Part shown: piece by piece, positions 52,255 to 64,000 of the stretch
How the letters are laid out: each line of letters begins with the position of its first letter
Position numbering within the stretch: the stretch's first letter is position 1
Assembly: GCA_951406725.2 (NCBI GenBank)
Contig: OX597832.1
Span: 3,844,001-3,908,000 of the forward strand
DNA length: 64,000 nucleotides
Reading direction: 5' to 3'
Source of the DNA: Octopus vulgaris
Lineage: Eukaryota
The notes under the pieces: generated by a model
Databases searched by the model: none
What the model was told of the DNA's origin: nothing
The model's input: the letters and a program-made list of their open reading frames with translations, nothing else
Made by a program: the position numbers and the translations under genes

Positions 52255-52358
52255 GTAAGCATCGGTCTTCGATGAAGGAGTCCCCTCGCAAGTAATATAT
52301 AATGTTTTTCACAGTAACCACTGTCACTGATGTAGAAAAACTGAAGACCGATGCTTAC

Positions 52359-52403
52359 CATGCGTTGACGAGAGGCAATTACCTTGAAACTATAGTCCAT
52401 ATG
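52359..52403 (+). ncRNA. Hammerhead motif, UUGACGA core variant (inverted copy)
   Basis: CATGCG-TTGACGA-GAGG-CAATTA-CCTT-GAAA-CTATAG-TC-CATATG. Confidence 0.72.
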
Positions 52404-52566
52404 TAGTACTCGGGTCTTCGAGGGAGGATGACCTCCCTTTGCAAGTAACACAAGGACACTGAGATAGTGTCTAAAGTCCTTCTGGTGACGTTCATCGCCT
52501 GGGGCTAAAAGCATCAGTAACCCCCACCAGTGGCTAGCCACATTCAGATGGCTGATACCCCTTACG

Positions 52567-52601
<35 letters not shown>

Positions 52602-52602
<1 letters not shown>

Positions 52603-53545
52603 GAGTGGTGTTCATTAAAGATTTCCCTTGACCCACTTCCCAAGGACTGGGATAAAGGAAACTTGGCATAATTATTAGTCCATCTCTGTATAGTCACCAC
52701 CAATGGTGACACACTTCTCCCATTTCTTGATGCAGCAGTGAAGACCTCGTCAGTTGAAGTCAGTAGGTTGCATCTGGAGCCAAGACATCATCTCGGAAAT
52801 AAGTTCATCATCATCTGAAAAGTGCTTTCCCTTCAAAAAGACTTCATGGTTGGAAAGAGGTGGAAGTCAGATGGTGCAAAGTCAGAAGAGTAAGGGGGAT
52901 GAAGAAGAATTACACAGCTGCAGGGGTGTGCTTTCATGTGGGAAACATGCACATTGTGAGCTGGTGTGCTGTCTTGGAGGAGGCTGACTCCTTTGGTCAG
53001 CATACCTCGCCTCTCTGCTTTGATGGCATCTTGCAATTTCTGCAGCAGAGAAGCATAATATGCTCCATTAATTGTGGTACCCTTTGCCAGAAAATCTATC
53101 ATCACTACTCCACATTGATCTCAGAAGACTGTGAGCTTCACCTTGTGTGCCGAGGGTTGGACACAAGTCTTCTCTGCTTCGACTGGATCATAGTGATGAA
53201 CCCATGTTTCATCTTGTGTGATAAGTCTGCCAAAAAAGTCCTCTTCATTTTCTTGCCACTTTGCCAAAAGAGCCTGGAAGCAACTGACTTGTTCCTGCTT
53301 CTGAAAAGGTGTGAGCATCCTGAAATCTATCATGCAGACAACTTCTGCATGTGCGAATGGTCGTGAATGATTTTTTCCACAGACCCTACACTTATCCTCA
53401 CTTCTTGGGTTAGTTGCCGAATAGTTATGTGGAAATCTTCCAAAATGACGGCTTCCACACTATGGATGGTGTTATCACCAATGGCAGAATGTGGTTGTCC
53501 AGGAACAGGAGCAGTTTGCAGTGATGTCCAACCATACTTGAGTTG
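52602..53545 (-). mobile_element. mariner transposon remnant
   Basis: TA|CGAGTGGTGTTCATTAAAG end. Motifs LITQDETWVHHYDP, LLQDSTPAH and HPPYSSDFAPSDFHLFP. Confidence 0.88.
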
Positions 53546-53759
53546 GTGATGTTATGGGGATGTAAATAAATGAACAGCAGTTGTGAAGCAGTGATGAGGG
53601 TGACACAGGGTGACACACAGAGACAAAGACACACACATACACTTACATATATACATATATATATGATTTATTTATTTCAGTTTCTGTCCATGAAATCCAT
53701 ATACGCACACACAAAGCTAAATTGATAGATACAACTGAGTGGGCAAACAAAAATATGAG

Positions 53760-54108
53760 ACACTGCCTAGTGCTTTTTTTTATTTTGATAAGCCTGGTAC
53801 TTATTCTATCTATTTCTTCTTGTGAAACCAGCAAGTTATGGGGATGTATATTAAACGAACAGCAGTTGTAAAGCAGTGATGAGGGAGAAACACAGATATA
53901 AATACACACACATAGACTTACATATATATATATATATATATATATACAATTGATTTCTTTCAGTTTCTGTCTACAAAATCCCATGACAAGGCTTTGGCTG
54001 GTCTGAGGCTATAGCAGAAGACACATGCCAAGTCACCACACAGTGGGACTGAACCCAGGACCATGTGTTTTGGAACCAAGTTTGTTACCACACAGCCACA
54101 CCTGCACC
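53760..54108 (-). mobile_element. SINE family A
   Basis: Colinear with the other family A copies. Confidence 0.75.
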
Positions 54109-54109
54109 T

Positions 54110-54320
54110 ATGTATATGTGTGTGTGTGTGTATGTGCATGGGTGTATATATGTATGCATGTATACATGTGTACATATTACATGTACATCTATATATATAC
54201 ATCTACACATATGCATCTATATATATACACATGTATATATATACATCTATATATATATACATTTGTGCAGATGTATACATATATATATATATATATGTGT
54301 GTGTGTATACATCTGCACAA

Positions 54321-54353
<33 letters not shown>

Positions 54354-54414
54354 TGTATACACATGTATATAACTATACATCTATATATATATATATATAC
54401 ATTTGTGCAGATGT

Positions 54415-54480
<66 letters not shown>

Positions 54481-54612
54481 GTATATATATACATATATAT
54501 ATATGTATATGTGTAGATGTATATATATATAGATGTACATGTAATATGTACACATGTATACATGCATACATATATACACCCATGCAAACACACACACACA
54601 CACACACACACA
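54110..54612. repeat. Nested inverted (foldback) microsatellite-rich repeat
   Basis: GCATGGGTGTATATATGTATGCATGTATACATGTGTACATATTACATGTACATC near 54137 has its reverse complement near 54532-54585. An inner pair ATTTGTGCAGATG / CATCTGCACAAAT is also present. Confidence 0.85.
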
Positions 54613-55620
54613 ACCAACTGTTCCAGGATACTACTCTGGTCCTGGGGACAGTTCTATTTGATGTGGCCCGGTTCCAGATTCTTAGCTGATTGGGTCCACT
54701 GGATCAAAACAGCTTGTGACCCAACCCAATCAGCTGCCAGCAAAATTTTAGCATTAAGCAGCTTGGATCCGCTGCCACCCGGACCATGGCAGATAGTGTC
54801 CTCTATCTACTCGGGTTCTATTCTGGGTGGCAACCCGCAGACCCAAGCTCTTGCCAACTTCTTCCCACCATATATGGGAAGAAACAAAATCTCTTTGCCC
54901 TCTAAGGGCTGGCTCGCAAATTTGCAAGCCTCCTCAGGGGTGTCAAATAGCAACCACACCATTGCACATATGACCCTTCCTGCTGGAAATGAATTTAATA
55001 GTTGGCAAATACTCTGCCAAATTTTTTTCAATTTGAGTCTTTTGAAGGAGGGCAATGGTGTCAAGTGACTTTGAGTAAGTCCTTAACACCACCATCCTCT
55101 CTTCAAAGTCTTTCATCCACTGTTTGGATGGGACAATCTCCCACTCCAATGCAGTGTTTTTTGTCTTTTTTGCTGTGTTTTTTTTTTTTTGAGGTGGGGA
55201 GTTCACAAAAGACAAAAGTTCACAGAGTTCAAAAAAGCAAAAATGCAGGAAGGAAGGAAGAAGACAAGAAACAGTTCAAAAAACACAGCAAACTATTTTG
55301 GCTGTCCTGGTACTCCTGGCCAACTCGGTAATCCTCTTGGTAAGGGCACAAAACAATTTCACCAAAAAATGGTAAAAAATAAGCACAATTATAGGAGGAG
55401 GGATACACCCCCAAAATACACTTCTCACTGCTAAATGAGACTTTAAACACAACTACAAGCAGACAATTTGCCAGGAACTCAGTGGAGATTTCTTGTTCGA
55501 GCAACAAATCCCCACTGAATCCCCCAAAAAACAAATGTCTTACCTGGTAGTTGTGCTTCACTTGTTCAATAATTCCCGACGTTGGTGTACAGTGACATGA
55601 CTCCTACCAGTGCAAAGAAA
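54613..55620 (-). mobile_element. Possible LINE (Tx1-like) 5' UTR and ORF1 remnant
   Basis: Frameshifted coding-like frames (FDTPEEACKF...RAWVCGLPPRI) abutting (CA)n. The family assignment is inference only. Confidence 0.35.
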
Positions 55621-55852
55621 ACACTGACCAACGCATGCGCAGGAAGCAAGCTTCTTACCACACAACCATGCCTGCACCTTTATTGAAAATTTTGGCTTAA
55701 ATCCATCACTTCTTGACATTATATGATGTATTTGATGCAAAACTTTTGCTTATATCTTTTACTTGTGTCAGTCATTCTTTGGACTATGGCCAACAAGGAA
55801 ACTTGGAACATCATAATTTATTTATTTATTTATATATTCTTTTATTTTACAT

Positions 55853-56610
55853 TGGCACAGGTGTAGCTGTGTGGTTAAGAAGCTTGCTTCCAAACATATG
55901 GTCATGGGGTCAATAAACTGTGCAACACCTTGGGCAAGTGTCTTCTATTATAGCCCTAGTGAATTTGGTACATGGAAACTGTGTGGAAGCTTGCTATATG
56001 CATGTGTGTGTGTGTGTCTTTGTGTTTATCCCCATCCACTGCTTGACAACCAACATCGGTTTGTTTATATCCCTTAAATTAGCAGTTTAGCAAAAGAAAT
56101 CAATAGAATAAATATTTCACTTAAAACTAAGAATTAGTCTTAATCTATTCAACTAAAACCCTTCAAGGCAGTGTCCCAGCATGGTTGTAGTCCAATGAAT
56201 GACAGACACAAATCTATATATATAAAGCTGAAGTTGTCTGTGTGTGGCAGGTTTGGTAGGCTTCAACTAACACTATCTCCTCCGAGACCCTGTGGCGCAA
56301 GTTAACCAAAAGTGAAAGTGTAATAGAAGGCTTGCTCTTCATTCTGTAGAAGAAAAATTCAAATGAAGACCAAAAATTATTTACATCAAAAAGGTGCTTT
56401 TTTTCTATGAAAATCCCTATTTTTTACAATTTTTTGACTGCTGTATTGCCATTTTTTAGTGTATTTCAACCAGAAAAATGTTCACTTAAAGAGCTACATA
56501 ATGCAAAATTTTTACTTTTCAAAAATTTCAATTCTAAAGGGTTGAAAAGAAAACAAACCTGAGCAACGCCGGGTGATACTGCTAGTAGATGATAAAAGTG
56601 AAAGATAAAA
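55853..56610 (+). mobile_element. SINE family A with its tail interrupted by a Helitron
   Basis: Head GGCACAGGTGTAGCTGTGTGGTT. The tail resumes after 56585. Confidence 0.7.
56213..56585 (+). mobile_element. Non-autonomous Helitron
   Basis: A|TCTATATATATAAA 5' end, subterminal CCTGAGCAACGCCGGG hairpin, CTAG|T 3' end and no TSD. Confidence 0.85.
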
Positions 56611-57576
56611 TACATGAGAGCAAAAAAAAAAAACCTAAAAGAAATACGTAATTTTTAAAGGCTTCAGATGACCATAGACCAACTACTTTCTTGATCTCAA
56701 GTTATGTTGTACTGAGGAGCCCATAACAAGGATGAAATGGTGCTAACTACAACTACTAGGACACCTAAAAAAATGGATTATACGGAAATATTATTAAGAA
56801 GAATATTCACCCACTCCGTAATCTATCAATAAACTCTCTCTCCTTTTACTCTGTAAGTAGCTATAAGTAGCAACAGCAATTAGTTCCAGTCAGATACCCA
56901 CTTATAAAATATATATCTTTACAATAGTCCATTTGTGTCATCCTTATTATTATTATTTCAATAAAATTGATATTACTCATGGTTTCAAATGCTATATTTG
57001 CTCATGAACTTAAAGTTCTTATAGTACAGAGTAATCATTTTATATACAGTTACTGAAAGAGAAGCATTTTTGCATATAAAAATTTAATGATTGATTAACA
57101 ATCAGCTATGAAGGATTATATAAAAAATAATGCAGTAAGAGAAAAGATAATCTGTTCTGATTTTCTTGATTAATTCCATGGCTGTTGAAACACAAACCAG
57201 GTATTAGGATTAATCAAGCAAAAATATTGGTAATCATAAATACTATTGCTTATATGAAATCAATATCTTTACCTATAAAGAATAGGAATTTTTTGAAAAA
57301 TATACATAAATGTTCTGTTTTGTTCACTAAAATGAATTTGTAGCAAATCATGGATTTTTGTATGATAGAACTGTTAAATACAGAATGCAGGTATGTCTAT
57401 GTAGTTGATAGACATGGCTATGGAAGTAAGAAGCTTGCTTTACAACCATGTGGTCTTGGGTTCAATCTGACTGAACTGTACTTTGGGCAAGTGTCTTCCA
57501 CTAAAGCCCCAGACTGACCAAAGCATTGTGAATGAATATGGTAGATGAAAACTGAAAGAAGCCTGTCTTATATATA

Positions 57577-59027
57577 GGTGCAGGAGTGGCTGTGTGGTGA
57601 GTAGCTTGCTTACCAGCGATATGGTTCTGGGTTCAGTCCCACTGCGTGTCACCTTGGGCAAGTGTCTTCTACTATAGCCTCAGGCCAACCAAAGCCTTGT
57701 GAGTGGATTTGGTTGATGGAAACTGATGGAAGCCCATCATATATATATATACGGGGTTGAACAAAATAATGGAAACACCTTAAAATTTCAAACAGATTTA
57801 TTTTAATAAGGGGTAGGACCACCTTTGGTAGTAATTACAGCTTGAATTCTATGAAGTATGGATTCGTACAAAGTTTGAATTGTTTCCAAAGGAATTTTTG
57901 TCTATTCTTCAGCTAAAACAGTCTCCAGTTCTTGTTGTGATGATAGTGGAGGATATCGACTCCTTACTTGTTTTTCTAAAATGCTCCATAAATGTTCAAT
58001 AATATTGAGATCTGGGGACTGTGGTGGCCAGATAAGATGTTCAACTTCACTAGAATGTTCCTTGTGCCATTCAGTAACAACTTGAGGTGTGTGAATTGGT
58101 GCATTATCATCCTGAAGGATCGTGTTTCCCTTCGAAAACAGTTCTGCAACCATAGGATGAATTTGATCAGATAAAATGCTTAAATAGTCTTGACTATTAA
58201 TTCTGCCATGAAGGGAAACCAATCGGCCAACAGATTTTGAAGATACAACGCCCCCAGATCTTCACAGATCATCCTCCATGTTTAACAGTTGGAAGAAGGT
58301 AGTCTGGGTCAAATGCTTCTTTTGGCTGTCTCCTCACTTATACTTGGCCAGTGGCCAGAAATAAGTTAAAGGATGACTCGTCCGACAAAATAACATTCTT
58401 CCACTGCTCTAGGGACCAATACTGTAGGTTTTTACTCCACTCTAAATGCTTTGAAATGTTTATTTTTGAAAGTAGTGGTTTTCTGATTACAGCCCTCCTG
58501 TGAAATCTGGCTTTGTGCAGCTCCTGGTGAACATTTTTTGTGGAAACAGGGTTCTCGAGGTGGTCATTAAGCTCTGCAGTAATTTTGGGAGCTGTACTTT
58601 TGTGATCCATTCTAACAATTCATGTAAGAGTCCGACGGTCCCTATCTGAAAGTTTTGGGTTGCTTCCAGAGTTCTGTTTCGACGAGGAGGTTTTTCCCTT
58701 TCTCAAAGGCTGTCATTACTTTCAAGACAGTACATCTTGATACACCAAACATTTCGGTTGCTTACGTTATGCTAGCGCCTGCTATACGAGCACCAACAAT
58801 TTGACCTCTTTGAAAGTCCAACAGATCTGTTATTTTAATGAATTTAATTACCTTTTTCTGATGATATCTGAAAAGAAACAGCAATTTTAGCAAAACATAT
58901 TAAGCAACACTAATAATAAATCAAAAAACAAAAATAAACAAGCTTGTGACAGTTTTATAGATATTTCAAAATTATGATGCTATGATGCTAGGTGTTTCCA
59001 TTATTTTGTCCAACCCCTGTATATATA

Positions 59028-59066
<39 letters not shown>

Positions 59067-59275
59067 ATATGTATATGTTTGTGTGTCTGTGTTTGTACTC
59101 CTACCATCACTTGACAACTGATATAGGTGTGTTTACGTCCCCGTAACTTAGTGCTTCGGCAAAAGAAACCAATAGAATCAGTACTAGGCATACAAAAAAT
59201 ATGCTCAGTCGATTTGCTCAGTTAAAGGTGGTGCTCACAGTCAAATGACAGAAACAAATGAAAGAATGAAAGAAT
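57577..59275 (+). mobile_element. SINE family A split by a Tc1 insertion (head 57577-57740, tail 59020-59275); a second head lies at about 57410-57566
   Basis: Head and tail are colinear with 29112-29570. Confidence 0.8.
57752..59019 (-). mobile_element. Tc1 (DD34E-type) transposon, full length and decayed
   Basis: TIRs C(A)GGGGTTG(A/G)ACAAAATAATGGAAACACCT flanked by TA. Motifs DFQRGQIVGARIAGAS, VILSDESSF, LQDDNAPIH and WPPQSPDLNIIEHLW. Confidence 0.95.
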
Positions 59276-59428
59276 AAACTGCCCAATGAATGGGAACGTG
59301 AAACTCTGAGTAGCAGTTTTTGCGATATTTTTGTGATGTTTTTGCAGCTTTAATAATAAAGCATATTACTCCTTTATTTGAGTACTATTTTTTTTTCACC
59401 TTCTTTCACATTTATGTGCTCAGTCAGG

Positions 59429-59469
<41 letters not shown>

Positions 59470-59916
59470 GTATATATAAGAAGAAAAAAGAAAATGGAAT
59501 TCACAAGATTCATTATTATTCACTATTCACTATCACTTTGACCCATCATGCTCAGATGTTTGCATATCATCTTACTTGTGAGAGTGAGATGATATACTAA
59601 CAGTTGTGGTGCATCAAAAGGTACCACATTTTTTAAATCTCTGTTTTGCTTATTTCTATTAGAATACATATTGGTGGTTGTAGTGTATTACTTGTCTACA
59701 TGAATACATGACATCAGGTAGACAAACACTATTGAATGGCCTTTAAACAGCATACTACATACAAGGTGTATACCCAAATATAAAATTATTACATACATAT
59801 ATATGCGTGTACATACATACGTATATACATACATACACACACACACACATACATACATACATATATACATACATACACACATACATACATATATATATGC
59901 ATATATATAAATACAT

Positions 59917-59968
<52 letters not shown>

Positions 59969-59991
59969 GTATGTATATACATATATATATG

Positions 59992-60054
<63 letters not shown>

Positions 60055-60056
<2 letters not shown>

Positions 60057-62320
60057 TAACAGAAAAGGAGGAATTTCAATTATCCACACGTCGTAAGTTG
60101 TAATATATATAAGGAATTAAAAAAGGAAAATACACACACTTTACATAGTGTTAATATATCAACCGGTTTCGTTTTCACTATTCATGATATTATGGTTTAC
60201 TTATTTGAATATGTATTTTCTTAAGAAAAAAATTTTGTCCATGTTGTGTGTGATGATATTTACGAGTGAATGATTTCACAAGTAGAAAAATAAAGGGAGG
60301 TAATTGGTTTTCATTATTATCGTTATTGGTGTGGGCAAGGGAGATAACTGTTCAGCCTTCGTAAGGGGAGGAGAATATATATACAAGAAAAAAAGGGTTC
60401 GTAAAACTTGTTTAGTGAGGGGATTTATGTACATTGATGTAATCGTGAAAGATAAAAGTTTGTTATGCGTGCATGTTAAGATGTGTTCTGTATTTTTCAA
60501 TTAAACAAGTTTCTTTATTTAAACGTTCTTGTGGGGAAATTGTCTTTGCTCTAGTAGAAGGGGAAGACTGTGAAATTTGGTTTGATATTAACTGCACATT
60601 TTTCTATATGTTCATTGGGAGAAATTTGCCGATATTGCGGGAAACGGATTTGCTCTTCATGTAGAGTGGTTCTCTGTCTCAAGGTCATACTCGTCTGTCC
60701 AATATAGTTGTGTCTGCAACCCGAGCAAGTTATTACATAAATTAGGTTCTTAAAGGCACAAGTGAAACTAATTTTAATTGTGAACCTCTTTCTTTGTTTG
60801 AAAAGGAAATCCGAGCCAAGTAAGTTGGTGCAGGTTCCACAGTTTGGGCGTTCACATTTTTTAACCGTTGGTTTCGTGGTTGTTTTGTAAAGCTTCGCAT
60901 TTGTTAGCAGTCTCTTTAGCGATTTGTGTCGCTTTTTGCATTTGATGAGTTTGTGCGTTTTCAGGATGTCATTCATTTTTGGATCTCTAGTTAGAAGAGG
61001 AAGATTTTGCACAATAGTGTTGAATGCCTCACTATTTTTGAGGTTGTGTGTTGATATAAATAGTAATGTTTTGAGATGAGGTGTGGTGTTATGTTTTGTT
61101 GTTCTTAGTGTTTTTATGTCTAATTTTTTGGTATGTTTAATTCCCTCGTCTATAAGTGAAGGTAGATGTTTTGAGGTCTTGAAGACGAAGGTCCCAAGAT
61201 ATTCTATCAGACACTATTGTGCAAATCATTTTTGCCAAATTGAAAGGGATATTTATTGTGATGTGTTTCAGGTGGCATGAGATAAAGAGGAGATATTGTT
61301 TTGAGCCAGTTGGTTTATAATAGATGTCAGTTATAATTTGATTGTTGACTTTTTTTATCATGATGTCTAAAAATGGGAGCTGTTCTTTGTTATATTCCAT
61401 TGTGAATTGAATGTTACTATTTATATCATTTAGTGTTGATTTGAAATTCAAAAGTTTGTCGATGTTCTTCCGAATGATAAAACAGTCATCCAGGTATCTT
61501 TTCCAATTTTCTCTTATGTAAAGGTAACATGGGTAACCATATTTCTGAAGTGATACTTCATATAAGATGAATTCAATACAACCCATTATTAGGTTCACAA
61601 GAACAGGGGCTGCTTTCGTTTTCATCGCAATTCCGCATTTCTGACGAAATGTGTCATCAAATAGGAAATAATTGTTCTGAAGTATAAATTTTAAAGATTC
61701 AATAATAAAGATCTGATTTGTGCGTTCCAGGAGCACTTCGGGGTACTTTTCCAACCAGAATTTAATTGCTTTCATTCCATAGTCAAGGGGGATGTTGGTG
61801 TAAAGATTGATAACATCGAGGGTGACCAATACTGCTTCTTCATTAATCGTTTTTGGTAGGTGTTCTAACATGTCTAAATCGCCTCTAATGAAACTTTTGA
61901 TGCATTTCAGCAAGGGTTTCAGTAGGATGTCTAGAAAATTGCTTAGGCGGTGGGTTTCATAGGCTGGCCCACCTACAAAGAGTCTTAAAGTTAAGTCTCC
62001 TAGCGTTTGGATATTTACATATTTGCCTAGTGATTGTTTGCAGGCGTCATTGATTTTGCTCTTGTGTATTATAGGAAGGCCGTAAAAAAGACTGGGTTTA
62101 CATTTGTTTCTTTTTCTGTCAGGCTTTTTCCGTGTAGAAGAATTAACGATGCAAGATTTTTCATTGTTTTTTTGTTTGTTTTTTTTTTATAGTTTATAGC
62201 TTTTTCGTAGAAGGCCTCGTTTTCTAGTATGGATATTACTAAGTTTTTATAGTGTTGTGTGTCCATCAGAACTACAATACTTCCTTTGTCTGCTTCTTTA
62301 ATTGTCAGGTTACTCAAGGT
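60055..62320 (-). mobile_element. Penelope-like retroelement (RT, Cys linker, GIY-YIG, 3' repeat), degraded
   Basis: IKEADKGSIVV, DVINLYTNIP, WKRYLDDCF, LPFLD, TDIYYKPT, CERPNCGTC and IYVITCSGC..NYIGQT. Confidence 0.92.
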
Positions 62321-62477
62321 TTGAACGAACTATGCATGACACTACATTCATTTTTCACAAATAACTTTGAAAAAAATCATCACCTAAATACTTAAACCAG
62401 AACGAAAATATATCAATGTCAGCACATTTGATTAAAAGTCGCATTAGCCATATTTGGTCCAAAAATCTTCACACTCG

Positions 62478-62539
<62 letters not shown>

Positions 62540-63085
62540 TGAGTGTGAATATATTCCTGTAAGACTGTGCATTTATGCATATGTTTACATTTGTATAAGA
62601 GTATATTTATTTGTATAAATGTCAAATATAAGAGTAGGCATATATCTATGTGAGGATGAAGCTGCGTATACATATATACGTATGTGTGTGTGTATATTTA
62701 TACATATATATGCATATACATGTATATGTATATGTGTATGTGTGTATAGAGATGTGTATATGAGTATGTAAATGTGTGTGTGGACATATTTATATATGTC
62801 TGTGTGAGTGTGTATGTATGTAGATTTTACAAATGCAGAAGGTTTCTCTCTATTGTGAGAATGTGGTTGTGTGTATTTTTTATAATTTTTTTCATTTTTT
62901 ATATTCTATATCTTTTATTTTTTTTCATGCCTATTAGAGTAACTTCCCTTTTATTCAAAGCTTTTTTTCATAGCAAATATCATCCAAAAAGCAGACGAAA
63001 ATGCCTCGAAGCCTTTAGCTCTGGCATTTGAAACTCTGAGTTCTATTATGACAATTTACTGATTATGACAATTTACTGATTGTCC

Positions 63086-63120
<35 letters not shown>

Positions 63121-63469
63121 ATGTATATATATAATATATATATATATATAATATATATATATATATAATATATAAACAACTATTCAAAACTATTAGATCA
63201 CATGGTTTTTTTTAAAGTTATTTAGAAATTTATCTCTGTATTTAACGTGGACTAAGTGGCATGATGTATTGTAAATGGGTATTTCATGAATACTTTGAGA
63301 TGTAAAACTTTTAACTTCACAAAACCTGGTTTTCCAATCTACCCTAGCAATATCAACACTTAAAAACTATAAACCCACTAAAATATTTTCATTTCTTTCC
63401 GGTTTGTTTCGGAAAATATTCAACTCAATCGTATTAACCATGATCAAGATTACATTTTTTGTATACCTA

Positions 63470-63600
63470 AAGCTACAAAGGTTTTCCAAAATTGAGTAAG
63501 GGAAGATTCTTGTGCTGAAAGCAGAAGGAGTGAATAACCAGAAGATTGCCAAGAAGATCTGGTGAAGCAAAGTGCCAGCAGACAATTTTAGGGACCTTAA
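63470..63600 (+). mobile_element. Tc3/Tc1-like N-terminal HTH remnant
   Basis: Reads SKIE*GKILVLKAEGVNNQKIAKKI, with stops. Confidence 0.4.
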
Positions 63601-64000
63601 TATCTACCTCATATAACTAATTTTTTTAAACACTCAAAGGAAATAACTCATTTCATTGTTTATTTTCGATTAATTTTAATATTGATTTTTTTGTGTCCTA
63701 TTTCTAATTTTTGCAGACAATATCACTTTCATACATTATTTGACACATGAGCAGAACTCATGTTGGGAAACCTCATGACATACTTAGATTGTTGAAAAAA
63801 AATCGATAATAGAGCCCTTCCAATGGATCCTTCTATCTACTACATATTATGAATATTTTATTTAAACTACCCAAGGGTAATAACCCATACCACCTGCAGA
63901 TTTTTGCAAAGCAATTGGTATTTGATTTTCATGATCAGCCAACGTAATTCTGCATTTCACTACTCACAGTTTTGAACTGCTAAACATTATTATTGCACTT

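Larger units (their letters stand above)
51993..52568. mobile_element. Diverged subfamily of the same element: one ~350-bp monomer plus an inverted partial copy, in (TA)n
   Basis: Inverted arms about 52041-52270 and 52343-52568. Colinear homology with the 50.1-kb monomer, including the AAACAAT.ATAAAT terminus. Confidence 0.85.

Overview
AT-rich, microsatellite-dense eukaryotic DNA, most likely from a coleoid cephalopod such as Octopus (inferred from the repeat families, not proven). The window is almost all decayed and nested transposable elements. These include one Gypsy LTR element, several Penelope-like elements (PLEs), L1/Tx1, RTE and R4/Dong LINEs, two abundant tRNA-type SINE families, mariner/Tc1, hAT, TTAA-target MITEs and Helitrons. 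No intact host gene is evident, only a few weak candidate minus-strand exons, and most ORF-track entries are microsatellite or antisense artefacts. The most notable signal is a non-coding ~353-bp element family at about 50.1-51.0 kb, 52.0-52.6 kb and 6.05-6.24 kb. The first two copies carry minimal type I hammerhead ribozymes, and all three share a covarying structured-RNA domain, sit in TA-rich targets and contain an inversion. This fits a retrozyme-like, PLE-mobilised family that may produce circular RNA. Other points are a PHD finger inside the RT of the local RTE LINE, Tx1 elements in different microsatellites, a pre-miRNA-like hairpin and several foldback structures.
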